The position numbers were made by a program, and so were the translations under genes. 64,000 bases of DNA from Pocillopora damicornis. Lineage: Eukaryota. Where the stretch lies: the NCBI RefSeq assembly GCF_003704095.1, contig NW_020845389.1, positions 1 through 64,000 of the forward strand. The letters are read 5' to 3'. A model generated the notes under the pieces. That model was not told the DNA's origin, searched no databases, and saw only the letters and a list, made by a program, of their open reading frames with translations. Each line of letters starts with the position of its first letter. Within the stretch, counting starts at the first letter, position 1. Below, one piece after another: positions 33,868-49,100 of the stretch.

Positions 33868-36800
33868 TTAGGCTCCATCCTCTTCCTCTTCTTCAGACTC
33901 TGTTTCTAAAAACAGAAAAAAGTTAACTCAGTTAGGTGCACTGTCTTCTAATTAAGCCTTTTACCCTCAAGATCTAAAGACCAATTCTCTGTAAGATCTG
34001 CCAAACATTTCTTAAAATGTTAGTTCTAAGAATTTGCTATTACATGAAACAATTTCCCATCGATTATTGTTTTTTCTTTCTTTCCTCAAATCACCTTTCT
34101 GATTTAAACTGTATCAAGACTGTGGGGAGAAATGTTTTTGATCACTAATTTTGTACAGAAAGCCAAAAATAAATAGGTTGACCAAATATGAAAACAATTT
34201 TTTTGATTCCAATGTTAAGGGAGGTGGGGGACATTGTTAAGTGGTGTTCTTTATTTGAAATTATGCTGAAAATCTGTTTTTAGAGCAACTCACTTTGCTC
34301 TATTTATTAAACTCTTAACTACTGAAAGGGTTATCAGAAGATGCCCCTGTCATGGAATGTAAGTAGGCTATCATTATAAGTACAGCAGGATGGGTGTTTC
34401 TCTTCCCAAGAGAAGATTCAAAATGAATCAGGAAGAAGTTTGTTTGTAGTCTGGCCCCCCTTCAATCAGTGCTTGACCCACTATTGCAGACCTCTTGCCA
34501 GCACACATTTCTCAAGGTGTTATACTTCCAAGAAGGGAGGGGGGGGGGAGGTAAAGGGAGGGAGAAAGACATGATCAGGCTGAAACACTATGCCCACATG
34601 CAACTGCCAAATACCTTCTTCTGCACTCTGAAGCCATTCCACCATTTTCTTCATCTGCTCAAGGAAAACAGTTTTTCCTTTCTGGGAGTATCCTCCTTTG
34701 TACCACTTGATGATGGTATCTTCACTTAGGACATCAGCTAAAAATCAGGGAGGAAAAGATTTCTTGAAATGCCAAATATAGGAATCTGGGCAGTAAATGG
34801 AGAATTAACCTTATATGACATTTTGGATTTGGGATTCTCTCATTTGGTCCTTAAATTATGCTCCAAATTAGCCAGCCTTTTAAGTTCTGGGGTTTTTTTT
34901 TTCTAATTAAAAGTTCTATGTTCCCAGAAGGTATGCTCAAAACAATCTCTGTTTAATGATATTGACTGCATTTTGTTGCTCTGCATTAATAAAATGAAGA
35001 AGTTTCTTTTTGGTTTGTGTGCTACACTATAAAACCCCGTGAATGGTTAGCTAAGTTTAACAATTGATATCCAGTTTTTTTTTAGTATTCCATGACTGAA
35101 CAAGTGTTAGGCTCAAACTTAACAAGCTAATAACCTGTGTGAACCACATAATTATAGACTTTTTTCATTCCCACTCACTTTTGTACAACAGCAGCACCAT
35201 TTTTTGAAACACTTTTGTGAAATTCATGTTATCATAGCAGTATTCCTGAAATGACAAAAGAAGGTTTTTTTTTAACCAGAAAGAGCAAATAATTAAAACT
35301 GGCCTAAGTATGAACCAATAGTAAGAAACATCTGGCACTACTTTGTTTGCCACGTGAAAACATTTGCTCTTAAATTAAAGCAAATCTTAACTGAATTGAC
35401 TTTCATTGTGTGCAATTTGCAAATTTTGACCCCTAAGGGAGATACTTTTTCCCAACAGTATTACCCTTGAATCAACCATTAGGGTCATGAATATAAAGAG
35501 AATGATTGAGAACTCAAGAAGCTCTTGATTGCTAGACAAATTCTCTTAGTGAGTACCACAGGAAATATATGGAGACTAGTATGGAGAACTTGCATACTGA
35601 TGTCAAGGTGTAATGGGTTAATACCTGAACCTTGACCAAAAGATTGATCTCAGACTTGGCTTGTGAGGTAAAAGATGCAAGCAACGGAGCATAAACCTGG
35701 AAAGCAACATCACAGTGCTTCAGTGATATACATCACTAATATGTTTCAATACTGAATGTTCCAGTAACATACAAATAGTGGAGTTTGAGATACACTATGC
35801 AAAATTTCTGTTATCAGCCATAGAAGAAACAAGTGCTTTATCCTAAAGGGTGCTATATATTTCTGAGTTTTGGTTGCTCCTTTTAGGAAACTTTTATAAT
35901 CACAATTGACAGCAGTACAAAATGTAATCATAAGGTACATTGACAGCAGCTCAAAATATACCAGTACATGGTCTTAAGCTGGCATGTGCAACAATGTTTA
36001 ATACAAGAAATACTGGTTTCAGCTTCGTACTGTATCAATTAACTCTTTAATCCCTGGGTGTGACTACAACCAAATGCAAAATGTAGAGACCTTGAGCGAA
36101 AAAAATGCACTTACCGACATCATCAGGCCAAGAAAAAGTTAAGTGCAATAAACAAAAGCTGCCCTCCTTCCCCTATGCAATGTTATTCATTGAAGTTTTG
36201 TTCATGATACTGCTTAGCTACCAACATTGCAAAGGGTTGCTTGAGTTTCTGTACCAATCATAGAGTGCTAACCTTCAGGTGACGCAGAGCTTGATCTGCA
36301 ACAAGTTCTTCTTTCTTGTTCCATTCCACAGCACGCATTAAACATTTCCAAACCTAGATTTTATGTGCAAAAAGTTTGTCATTTCTTTTAGTTCTATGCT
36401 TGAGTTAAATTGAGATTAAAACTGGTCAGTGCAATAGAGAGGTGCAAAGTGCCAAGTACAGTATTGTTGGCAAATAAAAGTATTCCAAGGAAGGAAAAGA
36501 AATATAAGTATGGTTTAGTTTGAACTCAGTCATCCAACTAAGAAAATGGTTATACATCTTATCTGAAAGAGTGACAAAGCCTAGTATTCTAGTTCAAAAC
36601 CTGCCTTGGCAAGCTGACCATACTTTAAAGGAAAAAAGTTTGAAAACTCTAGAATGACTGTTTCTTTGCCTCTAAAAGAGTTTTGCCCAGTATCAATAGT
36701 AATTTAAATTTCAGAAACATAACTACAAAATTGCCTTACCAGGAACACAACATCATCTTCAGTGAGTTCATATTTCTTCATTTCTTCTTTACAAGTGGAT

Positions 36801-39800
36801 ATCATCTGTTAAGAAAATAATCAATTGTTAAATATGATGCAACTGATGAGAAGATTTAAAGTAATTACCAGTCTAGCTTAATTATTTGAAATTCTTGGGT
36901 TTCTTTTCAACCAATGTTCAATAGAGAAGTTGTTTCAATCTTGGTTCATGATGGTGGCATTGAATGAAAAAAATCCCCAGTGGTGAGGAAGTAAATTAAG
37001 TTAGACATTTCTAATAATTTTGCCAAATTTTAGCTTTAAAAAGTTTTTGTTAAATCGTGCAGCACTTCCTGATGATGTTTTTCTTTCCTGTACTAATTTT
37101 TCAGATTAAAACAACATGTAGGTAGAATAAATTTCTCATTGGTTGGTTGTTAAGTGAAATGGTCGATACAGATTGATCTATGTCCAGCAGCTCAAAGTTT
37201 GTTTAAACTTAAGCATCAGAATGAATATTCTCCATACTGTTCTCTATACATTTCCCTAGGTGCTGACAAGGAGAATTTGTTTAACAATCAAGAGCTTCTT
37301 TAGTTGGTGATCGTTTCCTTTATTCTCATGACCTTAACATTTGATTCAGGGGGGATACTGTTAGGAGAAATGAGATGCTTATCATGCTCAGGGGTTAAGG
37401 GATGAAGGGAGGAACACATATTCCAAACCCAATTATAAATTCCAACTACCGACAGTGTATCTTACCTCCTTGACTGGTGTTTCATTGTCCAGCATCTCTT
37501 TAAGCTGCTGCTGAAAATTTCTGCGAGTACCCAGGGTCTGCTGTGCTTTCTAAGGACAATAAATAAAGAAATATATATTAAAATTTTTTTGTGTGAAATT
37601 CTGAGGCATACATAGATAACACCACAAAATAATGATTGTCAAATGAGGTAGCCTCTTCTAATTCCCACTAACTAACTGGTAACTACATCATGTACATGGG
37701 CTGATCGAAGTAAATAATTTTTCATACAACATTGTTATGTTAAGGGGGCTAACAACTCAGTGAGGGTTGTTAGTTTTGGGGTATACAAACAATGGCCAGT
37801 GAATTTTTTTTAAGTACTTTGGGAGGGTGCCTCTTTTGACCTATCATCACTGTTAAGAGATTTTGCAACCATGATGCTGTACACAGCTTTGTTTGCAATG
37901 AACTAACAATAGTTACAATTAACAAATTAAAACCCTTGAGACAGAAAGGAGAACATTTCCAAAAGGGAAAAATATCTCCAGGATTACATGTAGCAATGGA
38001 AGATTAAGTACACAGTTTTAGGTTATTCAACAAACATGACCAAAGTAATAGCATTCATCTTGTAAAATTTCATACCTGAAATGCCACAAGCTTATCTAAT
38101 CCATTTGCATTGAAATGCTTGTCAAACATTTCCTGAGTTTGTTTGTTGGGAGGGAAGAAATCCTGCAAAATATAGACCCAAAAAGATTAAAATCAATACA
38201 ATTAAGAAACTGAATTGAAAAAAATAAAATGACATTAAGAGAAATTAGAATTTGCGGCTTCCCTTTAGAATCAGATTGACATGTGCTTTGGTCAATGAGC
38301 AAGCAAGAAAGAAATCTGCTGGCTTAAGCTTATAAGAGTCCAGTGTTCATATTCTCCATAATGTTATATAAATGTTTCCTTAGGAACTAAGAAACAGAGT
38401 TTGTCTAATAATCTAGAGCCTCTTAACCCTTTAACTCCTGTAAGTGACCGAGACAAAATTTTGCCCTATTATATCTATACAATATCATGCAAAAAAGTGA
38501 CAAGAATAAAGAAAAATATCAGTTATGGGATTACTAATTTATCCAACACCAAATTCTCCAAACTGCCAAAGTGAACATCATTTGGCAGACAGTTAGGAGA
38601 ATTACTAATGCCATCTTGGGAGTTAAAGGGTTAAGTTGGCTACTACTCCAGAACCTCCATTCTCAAGACCTTGATGCTTAATTCAGCAGTCACACTGTAT
38701 GAAGAAATTTGATGCAAACCACTCTTGTGGGTTAAGGCAATTGAAAAAGATTTCTTTCAAGTCTAGTAAGACTGATACTCAGGCTACATTTACACATAGC
38801 TGTGTGATAATTCCCATTTACCCATACACTGAAATCTAACTGGGTTTGAATACTCCATTTGTTTAATGGCTGATTTCACAGTGCAGACAATTGCCTCTAA
38901 GCAAGTTGTGAAAGCTTTGGAGAGTTACAGCTATAAACATCTCAGTCTTAAAATAAATGTATGCCACTCCATCAATCTTGTCAATAATGCGAGGTACCTT
39001 CCAGCCAACTTAACAACAGGGAAATTTTTTTATAAAATGAAAGTTGATTTCAGTTTAAGTCTCACTCACCAGTAGTTTGTTCTCCAACTCTGCTTTTCTC
39101 AGAGCTGAGCTCAGACTAGTGAAATCCTTCTCCTTCACCCATACCTGGAACACTTTGGTCAAAAATGGCAAAGCAAGTCCTAAATAAAAGAATTCAGTCA
39201 GTTATAATAATAATAACCCTTTCAGCCTAGCTTTAGTATTACTGTTCTCTTTACATTTCCTATGGTACTGACAATCAGGAGCTCCTTAATATTGGTGATC
39301 ATGTCTGTTATTCTCATGACCTTTACATGTGATTTAAGGGTGATACTGTGAGGAGAAATGAGAAGGCAGTCAACCTTAATGGTCTAGCAGTTGTCTGGCA
39401 GTTGTAACACTGAGATCTAAAATTGAAAGACTCTGAACCAAGAGACACATGATTTAATATATCCATCAACCATCATAACCCCAATGAACAACAACCAATT
39501 AAATTTTTGTGGGCAAAAAATGTTTCTGATCAATAAATTGTAATACTTCATGGGGCCACCTAGTGGAATGTACTAAGCGTATATACCTTCTTTAACAAGG
39601 TTTTCATTGAGTAGGCTTGAGAGTGCTGTAGGTGAAGCCATGCCTGGAAGAGTATAAACCAACTTTAACATTATTTTTTAAAAGTAGCCACTGTTTTGCT
39701 AAATGTGAATTTATACATGAACCTTGCCGTGTTTTGGCTAAGCAAGAGTATCACCCCTCAGATGTATTTTGATCAGATTAGAGATGGTCCACTGTGTATT

Positions 39801-42800
39801 GTTAACTGGGCATTTTCTCATGACTTCAAATGAACATTCATAATAGTGGAAAGAGCATGAAAGAAAAGTTTGGAGAATTTACCATTTGCTAGAATGATAC
39901 CCGCAGCAATAGCAAGCTTGTTCCTCTGATCTTCACTGAAACCCTTGAGGAAGAGCAAGATCTGGAAAGAAAGGGGAAAGTCAGGATAAGGCAACAGGGT
40001 AAACCTTTGATCCCTAGGAATAACTAGCATCTAATTACTCCTTAAAATATTACCCCTAAATTACACATAAAGGTAATGAGAGTAAAGGAAATGATCACTT
40101 AAACTAAAGAAGCTCTTGATTGCTATACAAATTCTCCTTTTCAGCTCCTTAGGAAATGTATAGAGAACAGTATGGAGAATGTGCAAACTGATGTCAGGTT
40201 ATAAAGGGTATATTCATTAGTAACCCATAGCTGTCAGATACATCTAATAACTGAAGTTTTTAATCCTTTTTACAACTTGCTTAGATCTGATATACAAAGG
40301 AAAGCCTCCATTTGGCATGAAATACATTTAAATATTTGTTTGCCAATATAACGGCATTGTAAAGTGAGCAGTTGTGGAGTGAAACTTGAGGAAACCTTTA
40401 AGCTCCAAGGAAAAGATCAGGAAAACTATACAAACATCTTTTCAAATCAAACAGTGGCTATTGTGTTTATTATTCATCAAATATTACACTTAAACTAGGA
40501 CTTGCTGACCTTTTTGATCTCATCTTCAAAGGCTTTTTGCAGGTACCTGTACCTTGCTATAACCTTGTTGATCACCTAAATGAACACAAAAAGAACATAA
40601 AAATAAGAATTTCAACTATGTTACAGTAAATTGGTTTGTTTAGTATAGTGCCACCCCTTAAGCTTAACAAATAAGACACAGTTACATGGAGTGAAATAGC
40701 TTATAATTTTTTTTACTATTTGTAAAAGTACATAAAGTTCGAGTATCATATAAAAACTTTAATTTAAAGCACACTATACCTGCACATATGTCTTGACATC
40801 ATCATCATTGGCATCAAAAATGCATACAGATGTTTTCCACGTGGCTTTTTCACCTTCTTCAAGGATACTTCCACCAGGAGCTATAAAAAGATAAATAATT
40901 CATCTATCCTTGGTTGAATTCTCAAATGAACAAATGTTAATATCTTGAAACACAAAATAAATGCTTTCACAGCTTTAACCACTGAAATGCTTTTTCCTCT
41001 CAAGACAGTTTAAAACATACAGAATGGTAGTAATGCCAATCCTACAGTATAGCAGGATAAGCATAGTAATGCATGTAATGCTAGTGACGCATGTATATTG
41101 GACAGATAAAATGAATTGTTTTTGCAGAGAAAAATCTACCTACTAAAATCTATGGGTTCAAAGTACCTAGAGTAAAAATTTTTGCACAGCTTAGTTCCCT
41201 CAGATGCAGAAAAATTTCTTTTACCCTTTAACTCCCAGAAGTCATTGACATGTACATGTAGCTTCTCCTTACAACTTAAGATACAATATCCAGCAAACAG
41301 GTAATGAGAAGACTCAAACTCATCTGGTATATATTGTAGAAGTTGTTATCTTGATGTAACACCAAATTCTCTTCACTAATTTACAAGGAAATGTCTAGAA
41401 GTTAGAGGAAAGAATTGAAAAATAGGTCTTAGGAGCTAAAGGGTTAACTCATCATACCTAAAACACCTCCAGCAAATAGTATGTCAAAGAGACACTCTCC
41501 ATACAATCGGTAGTTGAGCTTACTCCCCGACGAGTCCAAAAACTTATACACCTTTGATAAAGAACAAAAAAATATCATGTGATTACTTCTGATGGAGAAT
41601 ACAACTCAGGTCAAACACTTGAATTTCACTCTCCTTCAATCAATAAATAACTAGCAAACTATAGCAAGCCTAGTGGCCTGTTGATACCAGAGCTTATATT
41701 TGTTTCTTGAGCATGAAAAGACAAAAATACTGTTTCCCTTCTGAAAAGGAAAGCAGTCCAAAAAAAATAAACTTCCAGCAATTGAGGCAGGTGAGGTCAC
41801 CTAAGAGTTACCATTTGGTTAGCTAGAGCTGTGAGATTTAGACCTAGCTGAGCCATTGCGTTTTTTGTTTCCAAGCATGGCATGCAACTCTTACAGCACC
41901 TCTTTCCAATCAGGAGTGCAAATGGGTATCAGTAAAAACCTGATGAAATGCTAAGGAAGGGTAATTTGTAAAGGACCAGCCTCCTATTCAGGGGAGTAGT
42001 AGTACTGTTAGTCACTTCATGCTACAGAAACTGAAATTCCAGTTGGATGAGCCACTTGGCTCTGATATACATATAACAGTTTTATCAGTACCCATTAACC
42101 CTTTAACCCCTAAGAATGACAAGCATCTAATTTCTCCTTACAATATCACTCCTGAATCATGCAGTAAGGTTATGAGAATATTATCAGCAACTAGAGAAGC
42201 TAAAGAAGCTGTTGATTGTTACACAAATTCTCCTTGTCAGCACCTCAGGGAATGTATGGGGCCAGTATGGAGAATACCTTTACTGATATTAGTGTGTAAA
42301 GGGTTAATACTCAGGTGAAGAGTAACACTTTTAGAGTTTAGTGTCTTACTCAAGAACACAACAAAATGGCCTGGACAGGACTCGCACACTGAGGATGAAG
42401 ACTCAAAAACTGATGGACAGGACTCACACTATGACTCCATAATCCCAAATCAGTACACCAAACACAAAGCTAAATTTAACTTTTCACCATGACTGAGCAT
42501 AGCAGTACTACAGTGTTTCATTATTACCTCCAACTGAAAGTGTACGATTGCACCTTTCAACACATAGGATCTCAAGGATACAGCTTCTATTGATTCTGAA
42601 ATTGGTTTCTTTCAAGCTTACTGATTTTGCAGTGATAATTGCTACCTTATTTGAATATCACAATGCCAACTGAGGATTTTGGCCTTCTGTCACATTAGTG
42701 CAAGATCTTGTTTAAATTGTTGTGGTTTTGGTGTTACCAACTTAACCCTTAAACTCCCATGATCTGATTTTCAATTCTTCCCTCTAGCTGCTACACATGT

Positions 42801-44092
42801 CCTTGTAGATTAGCTACGAGAATTTGGTGTTCAATCAGCGTAATATCTTGTACTTGATGAGTTTGAGTATTCTCATTACCTGTTTGCTGAATAATGTACG
42901 GATAGTATAGGGAGAAGTTACATGTTTATCAGTTCTGGGTGTTAAAGGGTTAAAGGAGGATTTGCAGTAAGACCACAAAAATTTGATGTAGTGTAACATA
43001 CCAATAATTCTGAGCAGTAAAGCACAAAGAAAGCTGATGGTATAACTAACCTGTTCTAGATCATTGTTACCAATATCCTGAAGCCCTTGTATTATAGCAT
43101 CTCGAAATGCAAGAGGGTCTTGCTTTTCTTTTTCGTCTGTTGAGCAATTAAATGACATTAAAATCTGGTTCTTCTAACTTACATTTTTTAAATACCTCTT
43201 ATATCGAAAACTGTTTCTCTCATTCATTGCTCCATAAAATATTTTCAAGTTTTTTACAAATATGCAAAATAGATCAACAATTCAAAGAATTCACAAGTTC
43301 AAGTGAATCCATCAGGAAACTAAACAACTACTCATACTTTCTTTTGGCATAAGACCTAGAAAAAAAATAGGCAAGCTGAAATCTGGTAAAAGATTGTAGG
43401 TATGGTGCACACAATTCCATCAGCAATTACAACTTCTGCAAAATTCACCTCAAGAGCATTTGCTTTAAGTTAAATCTTGATCAGAGAATTGCCCCTGAAA
43501 CAGATACACCTTTAATATGTTGAGTATTAACTACAGTATCCGGAAATCTACAGGCAAAAACGAGTCAAATTCAGGATTTATGTTTATCAGGCTACGCTAG
43601 ATGCATATGTCTGGATAAAAAAAAACTTAGTGAGTCATGATGTAAAAAAACGTTTCCTCTTGACAACATACATCATTTAATGTACATTTCTGATTAACTA
43701 CATGTCCTGCAGCTACTACATAAATGGAAAACTGAAAACATTTCTTAACAGAACATACAACAAAACAGATTTAGCTTAAAAGCGAAATTGAAAATATTTG
43801 AATTTTATCCGTTTCCTCACAAATTCGTGTTTTTCAACAGAAAGTGAAAGCAACACTGCTTTTGCTTCGCATTCAGTGGAAAAGTGCTCTGAACGAAATG
43901 ATGAGCATTACCCCAAAGTAAGGTTCGCAAAGTCGAGGTAAATTAGCTGACACTTAAATTCTGCGTGCACCACTTGTTAATTATAAGGAAATTAAATGAC
44001 TGAAATGGTACATTAGTTACAAAACATATACCTCTTTTGCGGGTTCTGATCCGCTGGCCACTGAGTGTAGGTTTGGGTTGCTTTTGACTCAT
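33868..44092 (-). CDS. BZW2: eIF5-mimic protein (basic leucine zipper and W2 domain protein, BZW1/2 co-orthologue)
   Basis: Exons 44092-44032, 43136-43051, 41551-41458, 40880-40780, 40575-40510, 39961-39883, 39643-39587, 39179-39070, 38162-38076, 37549-37466, 36805-36740, 36353-36273, 35696-35625, 35245-35179, 34737-34615, 33905-33868. Motifs [77 protein letters not shown] and [30 protein letters not shown] 5' UTR exon ends at the donor at 44880. Confidence 0.95.
41820..42062 (+). mobile_element. SINE-like element
   Basis: Body and tail ...caggagtgcaaatgggtatcagt...cacttcatgctacagaaactg...gatgagccacttggctc. Reverse-complement fragments at 11690-11870, 12065-12200 and 42310-42390. Confidence 0.5.
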
Positions 44093-45542
44093 AAAACAAC
44101 TGGCTGAAAATACGATATACGAGAAGGCACAAGTGAATAGCTGTTTCATGAATCTTGAGAAAAATAACTGTACAAAATAGTGTGAAGGTCTTAAGTGTTC
44201 CTTAAGCAGATCGTATTTTCGCATCAAATTAAGCTTTCAGGCAGGCCTACTGAGATGAATGCTGTTTTGATCAACATAAATGTAACTGAAAAATTATTAA
44301 AGTTAAGGTGAGGCTAATAGGGTTGGGATACTGATCGAACGCTCGATTTCAAGAATGCGTTCAAACGGTAGTCGTTTCAAAAGCCGAAAAATAAAGAACG
44401 TCCAGCGATTGATCTATCCTTGGAAATTTTCACAGCACTGTCTTCGAACTAGAGGCCGAAAATAGGATTAATGTGAAAACATTTACACACCTAAGAAAAC
44501 AGCACACAAAGCCCGAACAAACGCACGTAAAGATCAGAAAACATAATCATTTGCAAAGACCGTAGAGAAGAACTTAGTCACGTAAAATACAACGTTTCTG
44601 TTTCATACTACAACTCAGTTAAAGATTATTCGAAGCTATGATCACCCATAAACTGAAATCGCAACAGGGCCGGATTAAAGACATATATTAAGACTGAATA
44701 ACGAAACTCCGTCTCAAGAGTGTTAATTTCAACGTGCGCAGAATAAAGAATTATGAAAGCTTCATGCTTTGAAACAATAAAGGAGCCCGATTGTTTGGTG
44801 AAATTTTCTGTGGACCAGTTTGTTGGCTTGCAGAATTGATGAGTATACATCCTGCATCGAGAGATGATCAATGATCTTACCTGGAAACCGTTTAAAATAT
44901 GGGAAAATGAAAGAAGTTGGGAATGTCGTCGAGATACTCTCTTCACATCCGCTGTAATGTATGATTCAGTCGGAGCACGAGGGTGGCAAGCGTGCATTGT
45001 AGGGGACTGGTACCGAATCTGCAAAACCACCTTATATGGACAGTAGAGGAATGGGGGATGTTAGGAGTTTGGGATGGGGCGCGGTCGGGGGCATGTCCAC
45101 AACAGCGTACATGTTAATGTGTTCCCGTCAACTTTTCGACAATAGTCACACTCTAGGGAAGGAAAAATATCTTCGAGCTTAAAAGAAATTTGAACCTATG
45201 CTCTCGCCACCTTGTCGCTTTTCGGATTTGTTCGCACTTACCTCTTGATGATAGTTCAATCAGGAGCCCATTGATAGATCCTTCTTCCGTAGAGAACCAA
45301 CTGGTGTGCTCCCTGGAAAGGGAGATTTAGGAAATACGGATAATTCTAAGCTCGATAGTGGAATAAAGAAAATGTTCTTTGTCTTTCATCGAGCGTGGGA
45401 CAAAGAAACAATCTGTTTTCAGTTAAACAGGAGTTTCCGGATTGCGAGGCACGGTTGGGATGGACTCAGGGACTTAAATCTTTTATTTGCTGCAGTGGAA
45501 GAAGCTGCAGAAGAAGAAGCTTGCTCTACTCTAATGAATGAA

Positions 45543-45800
45543 GGGGGTAAGTTTCTAAAGAAACTGTGCTGTTGCGTCTGTGAGAGAGTATAACGGGGTA
45601 ATTTAGTATTTTCAACCGAGTCATAACGCAAATTGGCCACCGTAAAGAGTTTGAAAGCTGACGTTTCGAGCGTTAGCCCTTCGTCAAAGCGACGATGAAA
45701 GGCTAACGCTCTTTCAAACTCTTTACAGTGGTGATGGTGGCCAGTTTACGCTATGAACTCAATTGATAATACTAAATTACCCTGTTATACACTACCCTCA
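45543..45800. mobile_element. Foldback copy of the Penelope-like hammerhead repeat
   Basis: Left arm matches 4180-4326; the right arm (45695-45800) is its degenerate inverted copy. The hammerhead core on the - strand at 45656-45690 carries C3>U (UUGACGA). Confidence 0.7.
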
Positions 45801-46175
45801 GACAGGTGACATAATTAGGAATGAGCTATACGAGTTACATGTTACCAAAGCAAGCTCAACCCTCAAGTAAGATCTAAAGTAAACCGATTGTTAAAAAAAA
45901 AAATTTTTAAAAAATAACTCAAGTTTGTCTCATGCTCTATCATTTCAAATGTTCGGAAATTTACCCTTCCTTTCCAAACAACTTCTTCTAAGTCATTGGC
46001 CCTTTGTCGTCCATTCACTTTTTTCTTACATTAACAGAAGGAAAATTAAAATTACCAGCTTGTAAGAAATTTAATTTGTCTCGCCTGAAGAAACCATTTC
46101 ATGAATTTCTTCCGTAACCAAACATGAAGTCACTTGTCGTACATCACGTGACCCTTTCTCGCTCTGACCTTAAAC

Positions 46176-49100
46176 ATGGCGGACTGTAACGAAGAGAGAT
46201 TCGACGCTGCAGTAAATGTAGTGAGATCAATGCCAAAAAAAGGTATCAGTGACCTTCTAGAGAAATTTTCCGAAAAAGCATGAATCATTCACTACATTAA
46301 GCGTGTTTTTTCTCCATAACGACGATATTCTGATTTATATTACAGGTTCTTACAAGCCATCTTACGAAACGATGTTGAAGGTACAATATACAATGTTGAA
46401 GTGGGACTAAAGTCCATTTACGAATTCTCTTTGGCGCATTGATCTAACAAAGCTATATGATGATAACATAATGGTAGCCTTTCGATGCTGAAATTCGTTG
46501 TCATGAAGCAACTGATCGTTAAAAAATATGTTTTTGGTAATTTTATTAGCAAATACTTCGAGTTGTTTGTTCCAAACACACGTCTGAAGTCTTCGAAAGA
46601 TTTTGTTATTTATTTAAATTTTGCTATAGCGTTGAGTTGGTGATGACTTTGAATGGTGAAAATATTGGGTACTTTTTTAATTTTACAACTTAATGGACGA
46701 TCTCATTTCAAAAATTTTCAGCAAAATTCCAGGAATTGTAGTAATTACGGAAAATACGTGTGAAGTAGAATGAATTCGGCAGTTCTAGAAGTAAACGCAC
46801 ACCTGTTCGAGCTGATCTTTTATGTATGTTGGTAGATCCTGTCATTCAATGTCCACTTTAAAGCTACAAGGTGTTTTCTCGTCGACAGTATTGATTTCCA
46901 TAAGCTTGCACATGATAGATAATTTTGACTACTGATTTTGTTTACTTTTTTTTTTTTTTATCTTATTTTTTTTCACTTTTAGTTTTATGCATTTTACAAG
47001 CAAGCTAAGGAGGGAGAATGTTGTGAATCAAAGCCTGGATTTTGGGATGTTGTGAAAAAAGCAAAATGGTAATTTCACTTGTAAAGCAGTCATTTTTGAA
47101 TGGAATGCAAGGCCAGAGGAAACAAAAATTCTGAAATCCAGCACAGATGCATGTAACATGGCTAGGACAGGGCTTTACCCATGGATCAAGAATTGAGCAA
47201 GAAAAATTACTTGCTTGGCAGGAATATCTCTGTGTTCTGGATGACTTTACTTTTTTCCTATCTCCTACCTTAGAAATATTTTTGTGGGGCATAGACAAAT
47301 CAATGTTAGGGTTTTCAAAACAGTTTGTGTGCATTGTTTTTGTTTTTCTAATGCTGGTGTTTGTGTGACTTGATGTATGATAAAACTGTTGATTATAAAA
47401 ACCCTGATACAACAAAAATTTTTGTTGTATAGTAAAACTTTGCTAACTTGAGCTACCTTGGGAAACAAAAAGAGATTCAAGTGAGCAGGGCTTAAGTTAG
47501 CTGATAGAAAAAGACCAAAAAAATGGAGTAAAAGGATATTGGATCTTGTTGGAGTTACTGGAGATTTGTCAGTTAACAGAGCTCAAGTCAGTAGGGTTCT
47601 AATTTAATTCTCCTTACAGTTAAAATAATTTTTGTCAAGATAAATACTAAGTATGTACTTGTAGTAATAACTCTACAGGTAGATTTGATCAGATTTTTAT
47701 GCAGGGTAAATTTAGTTATCTTGACATGCTTTCATGTTAACACACCTATCAGCCAATGAGGGTGTGCCAACAATACAATTTGATGTACAATTTCAAGTTA
47801 GTGATAAAGGAGTTAAACCAATTAATGTACAGTGATCATGTAATCTTGTCACCACTCCACTGCACATCAAATAACAAAAGGTGCTTTTGACTAAAATCAG
47901 AATGACAGTTATGCACAAGAATTTTACATTTGTTTCTAAGATTTGAAAGATTTTATTCTTTGGCTGAATACTGATAAGAATGATCAATTCTCCAAATATA
48001 TTTTTACTTTATTTTCTTTTACAGGGAGGCATGGCATGGCTTGGGTAAGATGACAAAGCAAGAAGCTATGGAATCTTATGTCCATGAACTAAAACAGGTA
48101 TTAATAGTCTTCAAACAGGTTCTTCACACCTTACAAGGGGGCAGTTCCACCTGCCACTTGGCTTTTAGTCAAACCCTTAAGTCACTAGAGAACTGTCTCC
48201 AACTGTCTTTTACATTAGTGAATGTTTAAAAACAGTGGTACAAAATATTGATCACTTGATCAGGGACTATGGCTGACAAGAGTCCATCTCACAACCAGCC
48301 TTGTCTGTGAGAGTACTGTACAGAACTTACCTATTTGGGGGGCTTATTACCTTTTGCTAATGATATATTGCTAAATATGTAATACAATACTTAACACATG
48401 TCGTTAGGTAATGGAAAACTTACCAGAAGGTGAAGAAGCAGCAGATTTTAGTGAAGTGCTGAAGACTTTTTACCAAGTAGTGTATGAAGGCCAAAAGGAG
48501 AAACCTCCAGCAGTTCTTAAAATCTTTGAGAAAGAAAGTGTTCCAGAAAAGATCAAAGCAACAGGAAAATTACAATCAAACTCACATCATACGCCCCAGG
48601 ATAAAAATGTGGTGAATGGTTATGGTAATGTACACAAGGTAAATGGAACATGTGAAGAGTTTTCTCATGGGGTGAATGGATTCCCTCACAAAGATAGCAT
48701 GGATATGCATGCGCAATTTCCACACAGGGATAGTTTAGAACTCAGCAAGAAAGCAGGCATGGATTTAAAGCGACTGCGATTTTCAAAAACAGTTAATCCA
48801 GTGCTTATAATATCTTCGGATGAATTAAAAGAATGTGATGAGGAAGATGAGAATGATGATGATAATGACAGTGGAATTCAAAATGGAATGTGTGAAGGTA
48901 TGTATATGTGATTGTAGTGATGCAGTAGTTAAGTTTAAATTTCACTCCAAAAAATTTTTCTTTCTGCAATTAATCTTTCTACACTACTGAAGTGGGAATT
49001 AAACTACAATGGAAATTTCATTCAGAAATCCAGAATAATTGTCTCTTTCCCCTGGACAGAGGTGTCCCTTCAATTGAGGTAATGGATAGAAAGATCATAT

